NCBI GenBank assembly: GCA_973895155.1
Contig: OZ316893.1
Coordinates: forward strand, 19,038,857 to 19,102,856
Reading direction: 5' to 3'
Length of the DNA: 64,000 bases
Origin: Marsupella aquatica
Taxonomy: Eukaryota > Plantae > Marchantiophyta
The translations under genes were made by a program, and so were the position numbers. This document shows positions 12,035 to 22,979 of the stretch, piece by piece (the first letter of the stretch is position 1; every line of letters begins with the position of its first letter). The notes beneath the pieces were generated by a model that ran no database searches, was not told the DNA's origin, and saw only the letters and a list, made by a program, of their open reading frames with translations.

Positions 12035-13500
12035 TTTGGTGCTTGTGGGAGCATTCTTCTATGAGAAGAACTTGGCGAGATTTGACTAAGCTGGCCAGTG
12101 TGCGAGGTTGGCCGTGGGAAGGTGATGTTCGGTAGAGGAACAAGCTATCATGTACTTATCTGACAATTTGAAACGATTGGTGACCTTAAGTACCCAGGTG
12201 CCAGGGTTTGTGTCTGGAAAACTAGTTATAGAATTGAAATGAATGGTGTAAATTCTACATATCTCAGTGACGAGAATGTCGTGAGGGTGTGGGAACGTGA
12301 GAATCCATGGATCTCAGGTACAAAGAGAATTTCCAAATTCATGGAAAGATAGTTTCCACAGGATAAGTATCAAGCTACCCACTTCTGATTTGTTCCCTCT
12401 CGAAAAAAAAATCTTGGCATCCCTCTTCAGATCCAGCTCTCGTGAGTTTTCGGAATGTTTAGCTTCTGATCTGTCACTTTCACAAATTATGCCCCTTCGT
12501 CAGGAAATGGTTTGGCGCCCCTTTTCAGGCATGCCACTGAAGTGAGGTTCGAAGAGCCATTCATAGTAATACCCATATGCAGCTCAATTAATGACGGATG
12601 CAAGAGTAGAATAAAGTAACAGGAAAAAAACGGCAAAATGTCACTGATATTCGACCATTCCATCCATAATCCCAAGTTTTGAATTTTTAAAATAAAAGTG
12701 GTTTATAGTATAAGCTATGCTGTAACATTCAACATTATGGATTTTTTAACCTTGGCAGCATTATCTAGGACTCCAAGGAAAGTTTTGCCTTACATTGTAA
12801 AGTCCCCCAGCGCCTCCGCCCCCACCCCTGTAAAGAAGTTTATCATGTGAGGGAGAGGGAACTTGGTACTTCTATGGACCTAGTAGCTCTCGAAGCAAAA
12901 GATGACCATTGTACAAAGAGAGGATACTATATGAGTTCAGAATACTGTTTGAAAATGATCCATCATGGTTGTTTGTTAAATAGGGTGATCAATCCCAGTT
13001 GATTGTTGAAAATGGTCCAACAGGATTGTGGTGGTACTTTTGAGTTGATTGTAAAAGGCTGTGGTCCATCTAGATTTTCCGGGGGAAATAGAGCACTTTC
13101 AAAGAGTTTAGGGTTCATGTTTGATGCTTGGATGGACCATAACATTTGGCTTCAGGACTCCGATGGACCAGGCATTCTTTGCTTGTCTCGATCTCTGTGT
13201 TTATTTGACAATAAAAACACAGGAACGTAAAGAAGGAAATCAGCACGACCCAACAAATCCTTTAAAGGAGACCAAGCATTTTTTGTCACCCAAATAGTGA
13301 GTATTTACACAAAGAAGGTGCTAGCTGAAATTAGAAAAAGAGGTTTCAGAGTGGTCTGGCGGATGAAATGGTCTATTCTAGCATCTTGTCAAACGTGGTG
13401 GTCCATGGGAGCCTTACATAACATGGAAAGCCCCGTAATCTCACCTGGAATGAATATCGTCATGATTGTGCAGGGAATTGAGTGTCGCCGCAGTCAAGAG

Positions 13501-13508
13501 AAACCCTA
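13501..13508 (+). promoter_or_regulatory. Telo-box (AAACCCTA) upstream of the BUD20/ZNF593 start
   Basis: Exact AAACCCTA ~120 nt before the ATG. Telo-boxes are typical of plant ribosome-biogenesis and translation genes. Confidence 0.55.
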
Positions 13509-13621
13509 ACAAAACACTCCTACAAAATCATCTGTCAGAACTAGAATTTGACCTTTTCGAATCACTCACGACCTCGAAGGCAGTCAGGAAACGAAACGGA
13601 GGTCTCTCGAAGTCACTAGCC

Positions 13622-15005
13622 ATGGGGAAGTGCCCGACCAACAAGAATAGTCACAAGAAGGGGTACTCTCACAAGACTGCTCTCCGCGCGAAGTTCCTGA
13701 AAAAAGATATCCTTTTTCCCCCACCTTGAATTCTGCAATGCAATCGTGGACCCATTAGAGAGGGTTTTTCCTTTCGTAACTCGTTTTGGCACGGAGTTGG
13801 TCACTCTGGAATACTGTGAGACAACCAGGTCTTATTGGCGGAGTCCTGCTTAGTCGCATCGTTTGCGAGAGGTCTGACGGAGTTACTAGTCCCCGGCGAG
13901 AGAATGTTTCTCTAAATGATTTCCGACGTTTTTTCGGTTGGTATTGCTTCTGCATTGGACTCCAATTTCGTTTGCAATTGAAACCAGGTTCACTTGTTGG
14001 TAGTTTAATGTTATCTCATGGAAACTGCGCAAAATGAGTACCGTAAGTTGCACTTGACCGTGCATTACGAGATGACCTAATTCACGCACAATTGCGAACC
14101 ATGGTGGAAAAACCCTTGAAGCTTGACGAGGATCTTCCCGGGTTGGGACAGTTTTACTGTTTACACTGCGAGTAAGTCCTCGCACTTAGTAGCATCTCAT
14201 ACTTTGTACAGTCTGCTCACAATATCATCATATTCCTGCATATAACATGTTTTCCTTCACGAATTACATGAGTTTGTGCGATTTCGTTACCGTTTATTTG
14301 CATGCCCCTTCGTCTACTTGTGGTACTTCTCTCGCCCATGTGAGATGTGGTAATCTGTATTGTGTTGGTTCTGGATAAACTTGAGGGAATCTTGCATACT
14401 CTATCACTTGCCCAGATTAAAGTTGGTGCTTTGTGTGTTGCAGCCGATATTTTGGATCCACGTCCATTCGGGACGATCATTTCAAGACGAAACTTCACAA
14501 GAAGAGGTATCGCTCGTCACTTGCTCCCTTCTGATCACGTTGAGCGGATTGATTACTTTTGGCATTCTGCTTAACCAAACTTTGACTGGAAAATAACTTT
14601 TAAGGTTTAGTCGTATTGCATGTAACACCTACTCCAGTTGAGCTCAGCAAATCAGCTAGTTTGAGATGAATCGGTCGTCTCAGTTTAGTCTAGTCTCCCT
14701 ACACTATCTCCCTATGAAACGAAAATCATGATTGCGTAATTTTCGTTTCGTAGTTCTCCTGTAGCCGCAATTCCCCCTGTTCTCCCTCTTAACAGAAGCC
14801 TTAGAGGCTTCGACGGGGTCGAATCAACTTTAGTTGACAAGGGTGTTACAGGGTAAAGCTGATGCGAGGTGCTGCTCCACACACTCAAGTCGATGCAGAG
14901 GTGGCTGCTGGAAAGGGCAGACCCGATAATGGGCCCAAACTAAGAGATAATAGTTATGCCGTTCCCATGATGGAGTGGTCAGACCTTACAGTTGCAGCGC
15001 AATAA
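13622..15005 (+). CDS. BUD20: BUD20/ZNF593-like C2H2 zinc finger, pre-60S biogenesis factor (134 aa, 4 exons)
   Basis: Exons 13622-13706, 14069-14171, 14444-14506 and 14852-15005 give MGKCP...YSHKTALRAKFLKKGDDLIH...DEDLPGLGQFYCLHCDRYF...DDHFKTKLHKKRVKLMRGAAPHTQVDAEVAAGKGRPDNGP, the recognisable family signature. Confidence 0.93.
13707..14068 (+). other. U12-type (minor spliceosome) AT-AC intron, 362 nt
   Basis: 5' site ATATCCTTT, branch-point-like CACTTGAC at 14051-14058 and terminal AC at 14067-14068. Removing it restores the frame (K-K-G-D-D). Confidence 0.92.
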
Positions 15006-16780
15006 GGAGCCTCGGCTAGGAAACTGTGAAGTTTACCGGAGCAAGGTGCGAGGTGGCCTCATGCATTTATTCTAAATGGTCCGGTCACGGTTTTCCATCA
15101 ATTTGTTGGCAAAGCGCGTTGACGTGGAAATTGAGGGCATGGTGTTAGTCCTTCATTTGAAATGAACAAATTGGTAGAGACAGGTTATGTCCATTGTCAT
15201 AATGCAATCTTTACGTATTGCTTTAGAATGACAAAGTTGCTTGGGTGAGAGTGTCTCAGAGGGCATAAAATGCCAGGCCAGTGCAGTGTTTTTGAAAAGG
15301 ATGGAAAGACCTGAAATCAACAAGAGGGTCGTAATATGATTAGTCTGCGCACCTAGGCTGTACACTATCACAGGTTGCAACTTTTATGCTGGATGATAAC
15401 ATGGTGGTTGGTCTCTGCAGATTTTCCATTTTATTTTCTGATTTGATTCAGTATCAACGCGTACAGTCTGGTATTTGGAATTGGAATTGTTTGCCTCTTC
15501 AGGACTTCTTATGTTGTGATTCTCACTCTGGGCTCCAGGCTAACTTTTAACTTATCGCCACCATTAATTTCCTGGTTGCAAATATGTCGTGCACAGGAGG
15601 CAGCACGCACGCACGAGCGTTTGTTCTTTCAGATATATAAAGTTTTGCAATTAGGATTAAGACAATCTGGAAGTCCTTTTTGTGTCAGGTTGAGTGTCTC
15701 TACTTACAAATTTGAAGTTCTACAATCCTGTAAGGTTTTCTGGTTTTCTTCTCTGCATAATTACGGTCAGATTAGAGTCCTTTTCTCATTCCGAGACAAA
15801 TTACACCGTGTTTTAATTCTTCAGTTTACAACCTTAAAGTTCTGGACACGTGGGAGGGCCAAGCCGGATATTCAATTGGTATAGATAAATTAACTGGGTC
15901 AAATTTGAAGTCTTTTGTAGCTATGAACTGCTCCTTTTTGGAGAAGGTCCTAGCTGGAGGACTTGCGTTACCAACAGTCCTCGAACCCACAGCAAACCTG
16001 AGGTCTAAAATTTAGAGATGAGACAGATTCTGTCAGCGATATAATTGAACTGACACTCTTCCTACGTATCTATTCAGGAGAGATCATTCATGGAGTGGCT
16101 TGTAACATTTCACCCATCTTTCTCGTCACAACGAAGCACTCTAAATTCACTCTGCTTACCACTTGGAAAATAGCACTGTTAATCTATGAATTTGAGAAAA
16201 ACTACTTAAGAACAAATGGAGATCGATGTGTAGTGTTTGCTATTTTGAGTGATAGATTGCCCAAAGTGCAATCCACACTTCGCTGGACAGCCTGGTCATC
16301 TCCATTTCTTTCATCGTGTAGAAGTGACCCAATCCTAGCGTTGCCTAAGTGAGTTCAGCAGTAGAATCATTCTCTATCCAGCTTTTGCGATCCGTAATGG
16401 TCATGACTGCACGGAGAATCTATTTCAGTCTTATTCACTCATGGTCCAATCCTTCTTTCCTAACTATGAGGTCTCGAAGGGTCATCGTAGCATGGAGAAA
16501 ATAGTTTTAAAAATCCTCCCATGAGCAGAAATTTTGTCACATGACCCTTATTTTTTCTATATCCAACTGCTTTGCTAACAACCTGGTGATAACAAACAGT
16601 TTTTGGACTCTTCTGTTTGCTAGCTAACTCCCTAGCCATAAGGAGTCGTAAAACAACACAAAAATTACAAAACAAAGCAAAAGAAAATTTAAACTACTAG
16701 TGTCTCACTAACAACACTCTCCTCACTAACAAAATTTCTGTTTGCTTCATCATACAAACCTCAGTGTCGAATGTGTCCAA

Positions 16781-16955
16781 CATTGTCCTAATACTGGGTA
16801 TTGGACATCCATGCCTTCAGGTGACATGTGGAGACATGGAAAGGGTAACTTCCATAGTTTGATGTTTCAAAACATTGTCCTAATATCGGGTATTGGACAT
16901 CCATGCCTTTAGGTGACATGTGGAGACATGCAAAGGGTAACTTCCATAGTTTGAT
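16781..16955. repeat. Tandem duplication, ~92-bp period
   Basis: CATTGTCCTAATA...GGACATCCATGCC...GGTGACATGTGGAGACATG...CTTCCATAGTTTGAT occurs at 16781 and 16873. Confidence 0.9.
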
Positions 16956-17145
16956 AGCTCACCTCGGGGAGATCTAAGAGGAAAAGGACACATTCCTATT
17001 CAGTCAACAAGCACCAGATGGTAATGGTAATGGTAATGTATTATAAGCTCCGGGACCATGAAAGTCAAAGGAGCTGCCACAAAAAGTAAAGTACAATGCA
17101 ATCAAAGAAAAGAGCAACCAAAAGAGATTGCTCAAAAGAGGACAA

Positions 17146-20100
17146 CTATGTCCTCAAAGAAACTATGGACCTAGAGAGCCCTGAAAGATTTTCCAAACCT
17201 ATTCTCCTTTCCCTATCCACCGCAAAGATATATCTTCCAAGTTGCTGAGGGGGCAGACCAAACAATGCATACAAATCTTTCACCAAGATTTGAGATGCCA
17301 TCCTAACCCCCTCATAAAACTTGCAAGCAATGAATACATGATATTCATTCTCTATACTAGAGCTATCACATAGTTGACAAACCCTCTTTTTCCTGTCAAT
17401 ATCCTTCTATCTCCCTTGTTCTACTTCAAGGTGGTGTGAGCTTAGTCTATACTGAGCAATAAGTTGTCTAAGTTGTACTGAGATAGTGCTAGATAAGTAT
17501 TCTTGTTCTCGATATTTCTTCATGGGGTTCACATCTCTCATGTAGTATTGCTGCCGTGGGCTAGGTTCATGCCAAAGTTTGTGCAAAGCCTTTTGCTCAA
17601 GTTTTGCTCTTAGCTTGGTTGGGTGTGTTGGCCATTCATGTTCAGGAAAATCCCAAGCATGGGCCCACCTGCACACATCTGCATACCACCCTTTAGCTGA
17701 AGATGAGCGCAAGGCATGAAAAGGAAATCTGTTTTCCTCCAACTCTCTTACACGCATGATGTATTTGAGTGTGTGGAAGAGTGCCTCCACCTCCAAAGGA
17801 AACAAGCCTGCCTCTGCAAGTGTAAGTGTATATGGGGTTTGTGACTTGATCCCAAGCTCCATCTCAAAGAAATAGCTTTTGCAGCCCCTCAATCTGTTGC
17901 CACCCAGATTTAGACACACCTGCTCCCCAAGTTGGTGCTCCATAAAGAATGACTGGTTTCACCAAAGCTCCAAAGAGATGTTTCCTTAACCTCCAAGTGT
18001 GTAGACCAGCTCTTTTGCATTTGTTCATGAATGCATAAAAAGCTCTGTACCCATTGGCAGCCCTAGATTTTACACATGAGGCCCAACTCAAGTTTTGAGA
18101 GAACTCCACCCCAAGGTATTTGTAGGTCCTCACAAATTCCACCAGATTCCCTTGGAAGTAGAGCTCTGGATTTTGTCGTGTGCCAATGCCCAAACACTTG
18201 GTCTTCTTGAGGTTGACTACCATCCCTGTTGCTTGACAAAACTCCTCCAAGGCATTGAGATGTCTTTGCAAAGCTTCTTGAGCATGAGCAAGTAGGACCA
18301 CATCATCTGCAAATATAAGAAGTTGGAGGACAAACCTACCCAATTGAGTGCCAACTCCACCATGCTCCTCCAAAATGTTGTGTAGCTGATCAATGAAGAT
18401 GCCAAATAGAGTTGGTGAGAGAGGACAACCTTGGATCACCCCAAGAGTGCTCCAGATTTCTTCAGAGGTTTCCTTTGAAAGTTTAATGCGCACTTCTTGG
18501 TACAATTTAGAAACAGCCAACCTGAGCTCTTCAGGCACTTCCAACTCCACCATCCTATCCCAAAGCTTGGATCGGGAAACTTTGTCAAAGGCCTTGGAGA
18601 AGTCCACAAACAAGCAAAATAATGGTTTATGTGGAGATTTGGCCTTTTCACACAACACCCTCAAGCAGAGAATGTGATCCATAGTGCTAAATTCTCTCCT
18701 AAAACCTGCTTGTGAAGGTGCCCTTTTCATCTCACTCTCCAACCAAGAGCTTAATCTGGCTTCAAGTAGTCCTCCCAAAACTTTAGCAAAAGTATTGCCT
18801 ACCATGATGGTTCTGTAGTTGTGCACATCGTCCTTGTTGCCTGCCTTGAAGATAGGCACCACTCTTCTGGTCATCCAAGCTTTAGGTAAACCTAAAGCCA
18901 TTGCTTGATTCAGCTCATGCACCAAGTTTGTTAATAAAGAGGGTCCTCCCCACAAAAGAAGCTCCAAGTTCAGGCCCAACAGATCTTTAGCTTTCCCATG
19001 TTGCATGTGGGAAAGATGCACCTTCACCTCCCTCTCTGTAAACTGAATGGTGTCCCCAAGGGGCAAAGGCATGCCACTAGCATCTGGAAAGAAATACAAG
19101 GATGTGACATAGGTTACCAGGTCCTGGTGATCCAAGGGGGGAGTAGTCTTGCCTGATTGCATTCTCTCCCAAAAACGTTTTGGATGTTTGATGAACTCCT
19201 CACATAGTGATTGTTGATGACTCTTCAAGAAACACCTCTTCTTGTGTTTGATGAAGTTCTTGTACATAGTGAATGCCAAAAGTCTCTTTTCCCCTGAATG
19301 TGAGCTTGCTTGCATCCTTGCTCTAGCACAATCCTCGTCAAACCAAGCCTTCATGTTTTGCTTTCTAGGGGGTTTGGTGGAGAAAGTAGAGGCTGCTGCT
19401 TGTACTATGACTTCTGAGAGCTCAATCTGATCATCCAGGGTATGGAGAAGATGTTCAAAGTTGGCTTTGAAGATGACTTCTCTATCAGGGTCTAGAAACA
19501 GAGGTTTGGGTACTGGCTTTCTATGCACTTTGTTTGGGATTGTGGTCAGGTCAAGATGGAACAACAAAGGCAAGTGTGAAGACTCTGGTTGTTGATCAAG
19601 TATTTGAAAGTCAACCACTCTAGTGGCAGAGGTAGGTGAGGCAAGAAGGTAATCAATGGTACTACATCCTTGTTTAGATCTAAAAGTGTAACCAGATGAT
19701 TGGGGAAATCTCTCAAGCCCATTCAATATTCTTAGATTACAAGAAGCTCCCAAATGCAAAAAGTGACGTGTCATGTCATTTGTTCTGGTGTCAAGAGCCT
19801 CTCTCACCCAAGGTAGCTCTTCACTACATGATGACCAAGGTAAAGTTCCTAAGTCCTCACTTTCAGTAAATTGTTCATTAGATACCCTGGCATTAAAGTC
19901 CCCCACTATCCATGTCTCCCCTAGTGGTGATATATCATGAATGACTTGGATTAACCTATGAAATGGATAATGTGCATCAGCAATTCCCATCTTATAGACA
20001 TTCATATTAAGGGGAGCAAAGTAGGTGACAATCAGAAATGATGGAGTACCTCTGGTATGAAGTCTCACCACCATGAACTACTTGCTGGGATCTTCATGCT

Positions 20101-20350
20101 CAATAGAGGTGATGTGTTGAAGTTGATTCTTGGTGTAGACAACAATGCCTCCAAACCCTCTTCCCCGTGTGGTCTTCTTCTCATTGAAGATGGATTGTAT
20201 GCAAGTAAAGCCTTTAATGCTAGGTAGAGCATTTCCCTCATATTCCCAAGTCTCTGTGAAAAGCAAGATGTCAAAATTCTCAAACAAAGGTTCCCCTCCA
20301 ATTGCTGTTTCTATGGAAAGTCCTGAAACATTCCATGCCATGACTCTCAA
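17146..20350 (-). pseudogene. LINE ORF2 (APE endonuclease + reverse transcriptase + CCHC), disrupted
   Basis: EN motifs AWNV, TETW, GDFNA, TIDY and SSH; RT motifs YRTIMV, QAGFR, FVDFSKAFD, GVIQGCPLSPTLF, FADD and YKYLGV. Lesions: in-frame TAG at 20078-20080, 1-nt frameshift near 17866, TAG at 17407-17409 (probably TGG). Natural stop at 17146-17148. Confidence 0.92.
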
Positions 20351-20362
20351 GGTCCCGATCCA

Positions 20363-21133
20363 TCATTTAGAAACAACTCTCTTCTTATTGGTAACAACAG
20401 CTTGTCCATTGCGCAAGTAGGCTACCAATCCTTGGTCTTTGGCTACCCTCACCTTCTCAAGCTCAATTTTCCTTGCTTGGACTTGTGTGGGAGTCAGATC
20501 ATCATCCAACCAAATCCTTAGCCCTTTAAGCATGCTCCTGTTAGCCATCACTCTAGCTTTCTCGGATTCAACTGCAAACTTCACCAAGATTGGACGTGGA
20601 AGGTCCCCCTTCTTTTGCCCAATCCTATATGCTTGCAAAATGATAGGGTCATGCACTTTCATCTGAGATTGGAAGAATGAAATTGCTACCTTCTTGGTGT
20701 CTTCCTTCTCCTCCTCAACAAGGCCTGATATTTTGCAGTTGCTGACTCTTGCATGCTGGTTCTTGTGTTCTTCCTCTAGTGCTCTCCTCTCCTCCTCCTT
20801 GGCTTGGACAAATTCCATATGTGATTGTTTTGCAGCCTGTGCAAAGGTTTTGAGCTTTTCCTCAATCTCCCCTACAGCCTCATGTATCACTGATTTCTCT
20901 GGGCACATACTCTTCTCCATGTCTCCAAAACACGATGCAAGCAATGAGAGTTGCTTACCATTCTCCTGAGTTTGAGATCGAAGATCACTAATCAACCTCT
21001 TTTGCTTGACATTCTCATTCTTTAGCTCCGTCACCTCCTTGCTGAGTGTGGTAATCTCAATTGCGGAGTTTTCAACCACAACTAAGATTTTCTCAAGCAA
21101 AGCCTTGAGATGGGCAATCTCCTCCGTTGCCAT
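20363..21133 (-). CDS. LINE ORF1 (coiled coil + RRM/CTD-like RNA-binding protein), 256 aa, intact
   Basis: ATG at 21133; heptad-rich N-half, then ISGLVEEEKED, YRIG...PRPILVKF and IWLDDDLT, typical of L1-type (Transposase_22-like) ORF1 proteins. Confidence 0.85.
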   Translation of the reverse strand: MATEEIAHLKALLEKILVVVENSAIEITTLSKEVTELKNENVKQKRLISDLRSQTQENGKQLSLLASCFGDMEKSMCPEKSVIHEAVGEIEEKLKTFAQAAKQSHMEFVQAKEEERRALEEEHKNQHARVSNCKISGLVEEEKEDTKKVAISFFQSQMKVHDPIILQAYRIGQKKGDLPRPILVKFAVESEKARVMANRSMLKGLRIWLDDDLTPTQVQARKIELEKVRVAKDQGLVAYLRNGQAVVTNKKRVVSK

Positions 21134-21198
21134 CACAAAGCTGAAACTGTTGTTAGAATGTACTCTTAGACGACAAATAGAAATTGGGAGCAGTAGAG

Positions 21199-22274
21199 GA
21201 TGTCAGTTGCAGCTCTACCTTTGCCAGTGATACACTCTCGCTCTTTGCAACACTCTGGCAAAGTCTGAGCTCAAACCGCAGCCGATTGCCCTTCCAACTC
21301 GAAGTGAAATTTCGCCCCAAGCTCAGAATCCCAAAACTGGACACGTAGCAGATCGTGCATGCTAAAGTGCATACCAAACGATGTCGGTTGCAGCTCTAAC
21401 TTTGCCAGTGATACATTCTCGCTGTTTCCAATGCTCTGGCAAAGTCTGAGCTTAAACCGCAGCCGATTTCCCTTCCAACTCGAAGTGAAATTTCGCCCCA
21501 AGCTCAGAATTGCGAAACTGAAGACGTAACAGATCGTGCATGCTAAAGTGCATATCAAACGATGTCGGTTGCAGCTCTAACTTTGCCAGTGATACATTCT
21601 CGCTGTTTCCAATGCTCTGGCAAAATCTGAGCTCAAACCGCAGCCGATTGCCCTTCCAACTCAAAGTGAAATTTTGCCCCGAGCTCAGAATCGCGAAACT
21701 GGAGACGTAGCAGATCGCGCATGCTAAAGTGCATACCAAACGATGTCGGTTGCAGCTCTAACTTTGCCAGTGATACATTCTTGCTGTTTCCAATGCTCTG
21801 GCAAAATCTGAGCTCAAACCGCAGCCGATTGCCCTTCCAACTCGAAGTGAAATTTTGCCCCGAGCTCAGAATCGTGAAACTGGAGACGTAGCAGATCGCG
21901 CATGCTAAAGTGCATATCAAACGATGTTGGTTGCAGCTCTAACTTTGCCAGTGATACATTCTTGCTATTTCCAATGCTCTGGCAAAATCTGAGCTCAAAC
22001 CGCAGCCGATTGCCCTTCCAACTCGAAGTGAAATTTTGCCCCGAGCTCAGAATCGCGAAACTGGAGATGTAGCAGATCGCGCATGCTAAAGTGCATACCA
22101 AACGATGTCGGTTGCAGCTCTAACTTTGCCAGTGATACATTCTTGCTGTTTCCAATGCTCTGGCAAAATCTGAGCTTAAACCGCAGCCGATTGCCCTTCC
22201 AACTCGAAGTGAAATTTTGCCCCAAGCTCAGAATCCCGAAACTGGACACGTAGCAGATCGTGCATGCTAAAGTG
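21199..22274. repeat. Tandem array of 181-bp monomers (~5.9 copies) at the LINE 5' end
   Basis: Units start exactly at 21199, 21380, 21561, 21742, 21923 and 22104 (last one 171 nt). They differ only by scattered substitutions. Confidence 0.97.
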
Positions 22275-22979
22275 TAATGACAATGGTGACAATGCCCTCC
22301 CCTCATAAGTGTGGGCAGAAACTTAGATCTGCCGACAAAAATTGCTTTAATGTGATGTGTATCCATATCTCAACCACTTATCCCTAAGAAATCACTGCTC
22401 GGGCTAAATTGATGACCCTCCCTCTCAATGCTAACAAAATTCAATCTCAATTTGTGAGAAAGTGATCAAGATTATTTCATGGTGCAAAAGCAGAAGCCGT
22501 GCATGTGGGGAGTTGGAACCAGGTACCTTTGATAAATATTTGTATGTTATATCACGCAACGTATTTCAATCATAACTGGGGGACCAGGGAAACCTCCTGG
22601 AAATATTGAGCATCTCAATCTTTACACTTTCTTTATGTTTGCATCCTTTCAATATGAATGTTAACCAGGGCTTTGGGAGACACTCATTTGTTCAGTTTGA
22701 TATTTATGATTGCATTTATTTGCTTGAGTTTTGGTGATCAGTTTCTGGATTTGAACAATATCCACTGATTAGTTCCTATTTTGAAGTTTGGGTGTGGACA
22801 CTAAACTGAAGCAGTGTCTACTTCATAGTTCCCAGTACACAAGAATTTCCTCCTGGGCAACATGCTTTCTCTCTTTCACCTAGAGAGTTCTTCTTGTTAA
22901 GCTTGTGTTACAAGAAATCCTGATCTAAAATATGATGTGAGTTAAATCTTTAGAGGTACTAGCTAGGAAAATCATACTT

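Larger units (their letters stand above)
17021..22279 (-). mobile_element. Near full-length LINE (RTE-X-like), ~5.25 kb, with 5' tandem monomer array and (CATTAC)n tail
   Basis: ORF1, then APE endonuclease, RT and C-terminal CCHC. The 3' tail is (GTAATG)3 on + at 17021-17038, and GTAATG recurs at 22274-22279 as a candidate TSD. The clade call rests on the RLSSHHLEVEQGR[W]...RVCQLC...ENEYHVFIAC C-terminus and microsatellite tail (inference). Confidence 0.9.

Noticed and set aside
21153-22366. Series of near-identical 74-123 aa ORFs
   Set aside because: By-product of the 181-bp period (not a multiple of 3); the starts are mostly non-ATG and there is no protein signature.
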